Shown here in pieces: positions 48,135 through 64,000 of a stretch of DNA of 64,000 bases. A program made the translations under genes and the position numbers. The notes beneath the pieces were generated by a model. The model was not told the DNA's origin. It was given only the letters and a program-made list of their open reading frames with translations, and searched no databases. This DNA is from Blastocystis sp. Blastoise (Eukaryota > Protista > Bigyra: Opalinata). The stretch spans positions 310,001 to 374,000 of the forward strand of contig JBBPEB010000017.1 in NCBI GenBank assembly GCA_039096225.1. The letters run 5' to 3'. How positions within the stretch are numbered: position 1 is the stretch's first letter; each line of letters begins with the position of its first letter.

Positions 48135-49038
48135 ATAGGATATTTCCATATTATCTTGTTCTTTATACAAAATGAATTTAACATAAAATAAATATAATAT
48201 GTAATATATAAAGCAAAATATAATATATATAATAAATATAGACAGATATTACCATAACGATTGATTTGTCTTTTATGCTCTTCGAAATCCTCCTCTCTTT
48301 GAATACTCTATATATATATTAATACTACATATAATATGTTTTTTTTACTTGTTGTTGAGAATCTAAGAAAATTTGTTTCTAAATATAGCATTATGTAAGA
48401 TATAAATTAATTACATATAAAAAAGTCAATGCTCCTTTCACTTCTTGAAAACCTATTCATATCAATAATTTTAAAAAATAATAATATTACTATATATATA
48501 ATATATAATATATAATATATAATATATTATAATACATCTTAAGGGATCTTCGTATATGAGAGAAGTTAATTGAATTTGAAGACCAAAAGTCATATTACTT
48601 CCAAAACGTAATTCTGATATAGAATCTCTATATTTGTATTTAAAAAATCGAAATTTATATTTAAATACTCTTCGTTGACATCTGCATAGCATAAAGGACA
48701 TTTTAATTCCTATATTGAATCGCAAAAGAAAAATTGATCTCATTTACTTTTTGAAAATTTTCATATCCACATCTTTCCTAGAAATATATATATATATATT
48801 AACATTTATTTACACAGAATAAATGCAAACAGGAGCTAGGAAGAAACGAAAAATTATTTTATTTATTCATTATTTTTTTAATACGTCTTAAAGCATGTTC
48901 CAGTAATAAGTTGACTATATGAGATGACCAAATTCATTTAAAAACAGTGAAAAAATACCGACATTTGTTGCATTTGTATCGAAAATGTTGCTGATTTTCC
49001 TCCTTATTGGAGTCCAATAATTGTAAGTATGCATCCAT
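47137..49038 (-). CDS. HEI10: HEI10/CCNB1IP1-like meiotic RING E3 ligase (many tiny exons; 3' exons less certain)
   Basis: Spliced CNKCRQLITGTCFKTSCLHLFCERC...CPLC RING, then ALTFLYKQ (cf. HEI10 ALAFWTYQ) and a coiled coil. Missed by the ORF track. Confidence 0.75.
48064..48143 (-). other. U12-type intron with AT-AA ends in HEI10
   Basis: 5' ATATCCTA, branch GCTTTAAC about 14 nt from the 3' TTTTAA; this end keeps the frame (NME-LQNVITKLE), whereas the nearer AC does not. Confidence 0.7.
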
Positions 49039-49105
49039 TATGATGTTTGATTAAATAATACATTTAAGAAAAGCATAAACTAAAAGAAGACAAATCTGTT
49101 AAAAA

Positions 49106-49113
49106 GCGGGAAA
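49106..49113 (-). promoter_or_regulatory. Candidate E2F site TTTCCCGC upstream of HEI10
   Basis: GCGGGAAA on the + strand, ~70 bp 5' of the HEI10 ATG, in AT-rich DNA. Confidence 0.4.
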
Positions 49114-50507
49114 TTTCGTGCATAGTATTCTAGATACAGTATATGCTAAGATAAGATTTATTTAATACAATGAATAGAAATATATAAAGCTTTTATGAAG
49201 AAGTTAATACTTTAACATACATCATTTACATAATACATTTCTCAGATTTCTAATGCTCTAGAATAGATATATATTTATTCAACATTGTCTAGAGTTATTA
49301 AATATACATTATTCGTTTAAGAGAACGATATGCATATAACTTTCTATCATATCTATATGCTCATAATATAAACAAAGAAATATTAATCGTTTTTGAAGTG
49401 AGTCATATATTATAAGCAATAAGGTACTAATTAAATAATTACGAAAAAATCGTTGTTTATGTATTAAAAGAATGTCTCATATATTATCAATTAATAGCTT
49501 CAAACTTAAGATCGAACATAATGATTGTTTTACATATATATAAACATCATTTGTTTATATTTATATAGTATAAAATGAAGCATTATCAACAGTAAATTCT
49601 TATCAAAAAGAATATGTATAAAGTGTTTTTGTTTCGTATGAAGGGATGAGTAACAAAACAAAAATATAATAAAACAAGATGAAAGAAAATTTACAAAGAT
49701 ATGAAACATATATATACAAAGAAATATATGATAAAGTATATAAAAAAGCAGAGATGCAATTTATACAGTTATTGAATAGAGTAAAACCGTTATTGAATGA
49801 ATAGAATTATAAATAATTATTTATATAACAAAAGGAGACAGCATGAGAAGGAGAAATAGAATATAAAAAAAAACATTATAAAAACAAAATAGTAATGAAG
49901 TAGATAATAATTAAAAAGAAAGCATATATAATAAAAGCCTACTTCTAAAATAATATATATTCATATAATTATATATATACATATTGAAAACATATTATAT
50001 TATAAGATAATATGTATATACATATATATTAAATATAAATGAGAAAATAAGTAGGTCAATAAAAATAATGATAATGGTATATTTTTAGACAAGAAATGGA
50101 AAGTATAATAAAAAATAAAGCTAAATAAAATATTATATATTATAAATATATCTATAATAGACAAATAGATATATTTTTAGAAATAAATTTTAACAATACT
50201 AAACATAAATAATATAAAAAAACATAAAGTAAAATAATTTTGTAATATTCATATATACATATATTAAATAATAATATATATATGTAAAAAACAATCATTT
50301 TTATCTTTATATGCATACAGAATGATAGGAGAATGACGAATAAAAGGAAACATTTGAATAACTGAATATTATATATATATGTATAGAGAAGAGACTATAT
50401 AACTGAATAAAGAAGAGACTATATAATATGTAAATAATGATTAATATATAGAATAAGAGGAAATAATCATAATTGATAATAAAGTTGGAATATATAAATA
50501 GAATGTT

Positions 50508-51925
50508 CTATGAACGATCTAAGAAGAGATCCGATAACGTACACTCACATTCAGAGTCACTATCTTGACCATAGGATATCTATATATTAATTTTTATATA
50601 AAATATATAAAATATATAAAATATATAAAATATATAGAATATATAAAATATATAAAATATATAAAATATATAAAATATATAAAATATATAAAATATATAA
50701 AAATAAAGAATATATACACTATTTCTATTGAGAAGATTATTATTATAAGGTATTTGACTTGCTGTATATATATAATGATAATTACATATATATAGAATGA
50801 ATAAAAATATGGTAATAGCAATACTGAAATCAACAATAATTATAATACTATATTTTAATAATTAATATTAAATAATAAATAGCTACAATTATTTTCTTTC
50901 AAAAAAACATCATGAATATAATAATAATAGCATTATAAATATAATACAAATTAAGTACAGTTATCAAAAGGTTGGTCTGTATTTGTTGAATAGACATCAA
51001 TATGAGTATTTTTATGTTTATATAATTGAGGATGAAGTGTATTATAAGGACTGTCTACAACAAATAATTGAGAACTATATATATATATATAGCGATAAGG
51101 TCATAAAGAGAATATAGACAATAATAAATGAGTTCTCCTTTTAAATAAGATATATAAGAAATACTAACAAATGATTCATAATTATAAGTAACACAATTGT
51201 TATATATATCTATATATATATACTTGTTATCATTACAAAGAGATATTTCTGATCCTTTCGTATCATTTAAAGAGACTACTGTAGATTCTTTAAAAAGAGG
51301 GTTGTCATATATATTAGTACAATCCAAAAACATATACTAAAAATAATGATAGTTATATAAGAGAAAGAAGTGAACAAAAACATACTTTATTATTCTTTGA
51401 AATAAGATTTCGATTTGATTCTTCTAATTCTTCGAGTTCTTTGCATTTCTTATGATATTCATTCTATAAATATTGACGAATAGATGTATCTTAAACATAT
51501 AAATAAAAAAGGAAAAATAATAAATACTGATAATGTTTTCTTCTTCTGATATAAACTTTCTTCAGAATCAGAATCACCATCATCAGAATGTGTATGATTT
51601 GGATCACTAAATATTAAAAGAATAAACATTAATTATATTTCGTATTTTGTGTAGAACAAAGAAATACATTCGCACATATTTATTTCTAGATATTTTTCGT
51701 ATTATTCCAATACCCTCCAAAGTACTTGTAACATCATATACTCTTCTTTTAGCAACATTCATCCTCTCACGAAATTGAGTGATATCAATTTCACCATTAG
51801 TTTCCTATATTAAAAAATATGTGTTTCACTTTTAATCTCATATATACATCTAGAATCCTTAGAAATTCTCGTGCTAGAGTACCTAATGATTTACTTGAAC
51901 AATTATCTTCAGTCTCAATTTGCAT
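50508..51925 (-). CDS. E2F: Compact E2F-family transcription factor
   Basis: KSLGTLAREFL...KRRVYDVTSTLEGIGII DNA-binding domain, a short coiled coil, and C-terminal TLSDLF resembling the Rb-binding motif; TAG stop. Confidence 0.85.
50594..50705. repeat. Intronic 9-bp tandem repeat (AAAATATAT)n
   Basis: About 12 copies in the last E2F intron. Confidence 0.85.
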
Positions 51926-53012
51926 TATAAATGAAGAGAACAACTATGATGAATGAAATCTGAAATTGAAAATGAATTTATATTCAGAAACAATTTCAAA
52001 AGAGTACTGCAATATGAAAATTGAATTTCAAATTCAAATTTCTCAAAAACGTTTTCTTTTTTTTTTTATTCAAATTTATTAAAAATTTATTGTTTTTTAT
52101 TACATATATTATATTCCTTTGATCACTTATTCTCTTATTCATATTCTTTATATGAAAGAGTTAATGTTCTTCTACTTTTTTTTGTTTCAAATTTGAAAAA
52201 TTATTTTATTAGCAGGAATTACGTTATCTGAGATAATCTAAAACACTTAAAACAGTATTTGAATCATATCATTATAAGTATTTTACCTCATTACTTTTTA
52301 GTATTTTGAGAAACATCTATAAATCAATAGAAATCAATATCAGATTATGTACATGAGATATCTTATAATGTTTATTAGGTGGTTGTGTAGTTTATTGGAA
52401 TAATACAAATCAGTTGACAACAAACTTTTTTTTTGTTGTCATTGATCATTTATTAAAAGATAAATTGTTTTGATTCATAAGTAGTAGGATGAATTCTATT
52501 AAATATCATGAAGAAATAAAAATATCTTCGACAGGTATGTGACATTCCACAAGAATATCATGCTTCAATATATATTATCTTACTCAATTTAGTTCTAGAT
52601 ATTGATTACAGTTATTAGAAATGAAACTTGATTGAATAAACTGATAGTAAATCACATAATTAAGGAGTTTTCTTAATTATAACACAATACTTAATAATGA
52701 GAACGAAATAGCATTTCAAAAACAATCTAATTTTCTTTTAAAACGTCTTAATGGTAATAATAATGGACAGGTTTGAAAGAGATTCTTATGAAATACAAAC
52801 GAATTTGTAAAATGAGGAAATGATTATTTTGAAAATTAGCAGAGAACACACTAGATAATCGTGGTTTTTTAAGCCGACTTTTTAAGAGTCGTTTCTTAAT
52901 GGAACCCTTGCTGGTCAAATAGTCAGTTTGTGCTTCTGAAGATGATGTTTCCAAGTTATATAAAAAATCTTCTTAATTAATACAAACAATTTCTAACAAG
53001 TTAAAAATCAAT

Positions 53013-57869
<4,857 letters not shown>

Positions 57870-58686
57870 AATAATGTTTCCTTCTTTTGGTAATTGTTTA
57901 TTCCTTTCATATATATACATACATATATACTTATTATTTGACGTTTCTCATTCTTAAGTTCTCTAATCATTATTTCAATATATTAATATTTCAGATTAGT
58001 ATCACATATTTGTTTTATTGTTCTTTTGATCTATTTGCTTTTCATTCACATCTATTTAGTTCTATCAACTATATAATCACATTTATTTGTTTTTATTACT
58101 ACTCACTTATATTGTTCATATTTATCTACTTGATAACTATCTCCTACAAACAAATAAAACAATTAAAATAATATTTAAAATGTTCTATTTCTCATATAGC
58201 TTTTATTTTTACATATTTCCATTGACAGTGGCAATTATTAAAGTCAAATGAATGCATTTCTAATATAAAACTCAAAAATGTTTTTTAGCATTCCGAAATT
58301 TTATTCAAGAAAACTATATCTTTCTTTTCAGTGTGGAAACAGCAATCCATTTCTATATATATTCAGTTCAAAGAAGAGATACCTATCAGGAAAATTAAGA
58401 CTTGGAATTAAATTCTGAAATGAAAATAGTTTAGACTTCATTTGCTATATGTACTGAAGCTTAAGAACATCAAATAAGTCATGAAATCAATGTGCAACGT
58501 AATAAAAAGAAAAAGAAAAATAAACAAGGTTTTTAGTAGTTTTCAGTAGTATCCAGTTTTATTATTTTTAAAGATTAGTATACGATTATACTAAAAGCGA
58601 TATGATAGTAGTTCAATGTGAAGAAAAATAGAAGAATAAAACAAATAAAAATTATTTTATATTTAACAACTTTAATAAAACTTGCA

Positions 58687-59492
58687 ATGCCTTTATTAAC
58701 TTCTTCACTTGAGAATAGTCCTATGTTTGATGTCTCTACTCCTATAGATGATTCGATAAAAGATTCTAATGCTACACACGATCAAGAGATAGTACAAGAA
58801 AATATTGATGATGGCTCACAGATTTCTATTTCTATGAATCAACAACATGAAGATAATAGTTCTTCATCATGTAAGATAGGACCTCATGCTGTTTCTCAAC
58901 CAAATCAATCTTCAAAGTAAATTTTTAGTAAAACTTTATATAATTCATTTTTCTATTTATATAGATGGTCGAAACTTGGTATGTACTTTTTTATGTTATC
59001 AAATATATATTCTTTAATATATTCATATTTCCAAATGATTTATTTTATTATTTTATAGAAATCATCATTGATCCTCTTAGTAAAAAGTATATATATATTT
59101 TTTTTATTATTTATTCACTATTACATATATATAGATTGATTCCTGGTGTTTTCTATTTAGAAGATAGTTCTCCTATAAGTACTACTCACCTTCCTTTAGC
59201 AAATGATACAACTGCTATTATGCTCTTTAATCCAAATATGTATATTATTATTATTATTATTATATTTATTATTATATTTATTATTATATTTATTATTATA
59301 TTTATTATTATAAATATCTCTTCATATTATCATATATATATACATGTATACTTATTCAAATATATATAGATCTACCGAAGCCTATGTTCGTTCTGTTCTT
59401 GGTGCCTATCATTATGATATATGTAATAAATACGCTCAATTTGAATATCACAAACAGTTACTTATTTTCTTTGCTATTATTACTACTGTATA

Positions 59493-59564
<72 letters not shown>

Positions 59565-60142
59565 CAGATAGTAATGATTCTATATATAGTGTATATGTAC
59601 CCTTTGTGCAATAGTATCAAGTACCTTCGTTTCTCTTTCCTTCTTCTTCTTCATCTCTCTCTTTAACTCTATTTTCTACACACTCACAACTATTGTCATT
59701 CTTATGAATTACTATAAACTTCTTACAACTATATCCTTTCCATTTTATCTATATATTATCTCTATATTATCTATATATTATTTATATATTATTTATATAT
59801 TATTTATATATAAATAACCATAAGTAGTTCCCTTAATCTATTTACATATTCTATTGTAGTCATATATCTCTCATTTCCTCTTTCTTCCTCTTCTTCCTCT
59901 TTCTCTATAATCTTATACATGATTCCTCCTCCTTCTTCCTCTTCTCTATTTCTATTAATATCCTTCTTGCTTCTCTATTTCTCGTCTCCTTCGCTGCTAT
60001 CATATTCCAATATATTACTCTATTTCAAGTCTATCAATATCATATCAATTCAAAACAACAATATATTACTATATCCGAAATCATTAAGTCTAGTAAACAT
60101 TATGAAAATCTTTTCAAAGAATTAAAATCTATTCATATATAA
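58687..60142 (+). CDS. Hypothetical multi-pass (~4 TM) membrane protein
   Basis: Acidic low-complexity N-terminus, then hydrophobic segments; the last exon IFYCSHISLISSFFLFFLFLY...KSIHI* is reached via an AT-AC intron. Confidence 0.65.
59731..59845 (+). other. U12-type AT-AC intron
   Basis: 5' ATATCCTTT, branch TTCCCTTAAT, 3' TTTAC. Confidence 0.9.
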
Positions 60143-60753
60143 TGAAAAATACGTATTGAACAGAGTTTTTATTCATTTTTTTGTTGCTTTGCTTTGTGTT
60201 TTTATCATATTATTCTCTTTTTTCCTTTTAGCTCTAGTTGTAATTATTTTTTTTCTCATTTTTCTCATTTTTCAATGATATATATTGAGTATGCATATAT
60301 CACTCCATTATCTATGTTCTATCTGTAAATTTTTTGTTCCTTTCTATTCGTTTTGTTTCCTATCACAAGAGCTTGTAACATTTTTTATGCTTATATAGAA
60401 TAATTATAATACAAAAGCAAAAATAATCTTTTTTAATATTTCAAATTATTTTTTTCAAAACTGTGACACATTTGATGTTGTTATACTATAAAAAATAGAA
60501 CTATGTATTCTGTATTATATCTTCTATCGAGACAAGTTAACATAATATAGAAATACAATATAATCCTGTCCTATTAGTATTTTGGCAATACATATTCATA
60601 GACAAACATATAATATATTTCTTCTAAGTATATCAACAAGAACATCATTGTTTATTAAAAAAAGGATTGAGAAAACGAAACAAGTGATATTTTTGTATAC
60701 TGATTAATCCTAGTTAACAAGTATAAAAATGAGAATGGTTACTCTATAATGAC

Positions 60754-60761
60754 AACAAACA
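60754..60761 (-). terminator. TGTTTGTT, candidate 3'-end processing element downstream of eIF3b
   Basis: Exact match to the motif described just downstream of Blastocystis poly(A) sites, ~50 nt after the stop; TGTTT clusters also follow SPB1 and NADK. Confidence 0.35.
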
Positions 60762-60809
60762 AATAATATAAATGTATAAACCAAATTGAATTTTAACAAG
60801 AGAATATTT

Positions 60810-61896
60810 TTACTTCTTAACAACCTCTTCCTTAGTACTAATAATAGTCTCTGTAACATTACTTCTATATATATATATATGTATAGAGGAAGTATATATA
60901 TATATATATATATGTATATACTGTAAGACATAATTATCTTCAGTGTCCTCAGGGATACCAAGAGCACGTCTCTTATTCGCAATATCCTCCAACACAGGCC
61001 TAAGAGCTTCACGACGCTTCTATATATACACATACATATAGAGTCAGAATAAATATATTATTATTATAGTATTATTGATATGATTAAGAATAGTATTTAT
61101 AATAGTATAATAATAAAGAGAGTATATATATATACTTTGAATTCGTCGATAAGAGCCAATTTACGTCTGGTCTCTGTGATATGAGATAATTGTTCGTATT
61201 CCTTACGAATATTCTTATAACGAGGAATAAACTTCTTAAGATTCTTCTTAACATCTTCAATTTGTTCTTTAGTGAGATTAAGATCGGGATAAGGTCTCCA
61301 TTCAAAAGATAAGAAATGAGGTAATTGGGCTTTATATAATTGTGTGCCGTTGATATCCCAGAGATTATAACCATTCTCTAAAGTATATTTAAGAGATTCA
61401 GTCTTTTCTCTGACGCAGGATGCGACATAACGACCGCTACAATCCCAATAGACATCGGTACACATGAAATGATCCGCTTCAGAGACAGTTTCTCGACTGT
61501 CGGCATCAAACCATTCTAAATGGCTACCATAAGGATTACCTAATCCAGCTAATATAATCATTCTTCCTAAGGGACACCAGTATATATGATTGTAACTCTT
61601 ATCCGTAAGAGAATATAAGAGAGACATTTCCTTTGTAGTTTTATTGGATTCTAAATCATATATATCGATTTGATTCTTCGGTTCCTTTTGACTATGAATA
61701 ATAGCGAATTTAGATCCATTTCCTTCGAAATCATAATCTAATATAGTTTCATCATTAATAATACATGTTTCTACAGGGATATAACGTTCACTCATTCTGA
61801 ATATACTGAATTGATTAATCACACGCTTCTTGTTCTTAGAACTTCTAGAGAGAAGAGCAGCTAAATATTTACCCTTATTTTGCCACTTCCATTCAA

Positions 61897-61993
<97 letters not shown>

Positions 61994-63569
61994 CCTTAGT
62001 AACATTAGTAGCAGAGACACTTTGACGTATTTGTTTATAAGGAATTTCAAGTGCGTACATAGAAGCAGGCTTATTATTCGATTCAGGGGACCAATAGATA
62101 AGCATGTTTTCGACGGGTGACCAATCAAATGATTGGATACCAACAGCAGGTATAACTTTACGATCTAACATAATGAAATAAGGAGCATCAGCAATACGTT
62201 CATAACTATATGTATATAATCATATATAATAATAATAATAATCATATATAATAATCATAATAATAATAATAATATATATAATATAACATAAACACCAAGA
62301 CTATCTTTACCCTTAGTAGCTATATATTTCTCATCATAACTGAATTTATACATGGGCCATTGAGCATCTGCACAAGCGAATTTACGCAATACTTTACCGC
62401 TATGAACGTCCCACACACAAACAGCATCTGTATTATTCATACCTGTAGTTCCATTCCAAGTGATTAAGTAGTTCTCCTTAGGACTGAATAATACTTCTCT
62501 CACGCCATCATGGACGAAACGACAGAGCTTCTCCCACTTATCCCCTCCCCATAAGACAATACCCTGCTTATGAAATGTAGCTAAATAAGTACCTTGAGGA
62601 GACCACTGTACACGACTTTCACACCAATTCTTCCCTTCACTCTTCTCTCTTTCACCACCATATTCAAGAGAAGGAGTAGTAATCTCTGTATGATATATAC
62701 CAGTCTCTAATGTATGACGAATCACAAACTGCTCACGACCTAAATCATCAGATATCCAATTCCATAAAGAGGTACTATATATATGTATATATATATATAG
62801 AGACAGATTATATATATATTTATAGATTAATAAAAATAGTTACAAGATTAAAATATATGTTTATAATACGTTTAAAAATGAAGAATAATAATATAATAAA
62901 TAAAATAAATAAATAAATAAATATAATAAATATAATAAATGTAATAAATAGAATAAATGAATATAATAAAATATAATAAAACAAATAAATAAAACATAAA
63001 ATATACGGTCTCTTCATGCAGTTGAGGAGAGGTTCATAAGATTCTTCTTTAGGTTCTTCGATAGAATCTTCGTTAATATGGCGGGATTCGTCAAGATCTT
63101 TAAAACTATATACACTTAATGTATGAGCTTTATCCATCTTATAATTATTAAATTTAGCAATAAGCTTAGGAACAGCAGTAGCATCAACCAATTCAACAAA
63201 GATAATTCTATATTTTAAATATTTAATTAAGAAATAGAAAAAAACATATATATATATATATCAAAAAATATTTGTTTTTAAAATCAAATATATAAATAGA
63301 ATATATATTGACAATAAAATAATAAAATTTATATACCCAGAACTTTCACCAGTCTTAGGATTAAGAGGAATGAAAACATCGTTGTTAACAACAGGGAAAT
63401 CTTTCAATAATCTAAGAAAGAAAATACGAAGTTTTGTAGCTTTAGCAGCATCAACGACAGGAGCTCCAGAAATAACGACAACACCATCTACTTTATTTAA
63501 TTCTTCGATTTCTTCAGGCTTTAAGAACGCGGCCTTTTCACCTAGTTTGGATTCAATACTGATAGGCAT
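60810..63569 (-). CDS. EIF3B: Translation initiation factor 3 subunit B
   Basis: RRM VVVISGAPVV; WCESRVQWSPQGTYLATFHKQGIVLWGG; ILAGLGN; WDCSGRYV; FEWRPYP. Confidence 0.97.
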
Positions 63570-64000
63570 TTTAACTACGAAATGAAATCAGAGAATAATT
63601 AAATAAATGAAAATTAAATTTGTGATAAATCTGGTTTTCTATGAGTTGTCAATTTTCCGTGGAACTTTATAAGAATGTCACTGAAAAAAGTAATATTCTC
63701 AATTTTTGTTTGATGGCACTTTAATCAATATCTGTTAAGAATATATCTCAATGAACTTGTTGTACATATTGATCACTAACATAAAAGGTTATTCATAAAA
63801 AGTAATTGAAGAATTCTAGACGATAATGCATATAATAAATAATATATTACTTTTGGTCATATTATAATAATGTATATGAATGAATATGTAGTGTATGATG
63901 TGATTATTTCATTATTAAGAATTAACTAAGCATTGTGAATTTTTAAAAGTGCTAAAAAACAATTGTCTAACATATAAGAGCATGTGAAACTAATTGTTGC

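Noticed and set aside
59919-60125. ORF MIPPPSSS... as the last exon
   Set aside because: The AT-AC junction selects a different frame that reads as TM helices and ends at 60142.

Overview
Very AT-rich, gene-dense eukaryotic DNA with many spliceosomal introns. Its style suggests an AT-rich Blastocystis-like stramenopile, but that is inference. Splicing the exons by hand gives about 15 genes: a RhoGAP 3' end, CPSF1, two giant Ig-like/HRM surface proteins, COG2, an active rhomboid, NSE1, NAD kinase, SPB1, a BTB-BACK-Tubby fusion, HEI10, a compact E2F, an unknown ~1000-aa protein, a small multi-TM protein and eIF3b. Most short ORF-track entries (poly-I/Y/L/N) are intronic microsatellites. Main observations: (1) a CpG-containing ~12-bp motif, ATAACCGYGGGA (core CCRYGG), embedded in exons in both orientations and several frames, forcing rare codons; (2) five phase-0 AT-AC/AT-AA U12-type introns; (3) introns built almost entirely of (AT)n abutting both splice sites; (4) one in-frame TGA at a Cys position of a ~2400-aa surface protein; (5) several splice sites whose non-canonical bases match the neighbouring exon. 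All exon coordinates and counts were made by eye.
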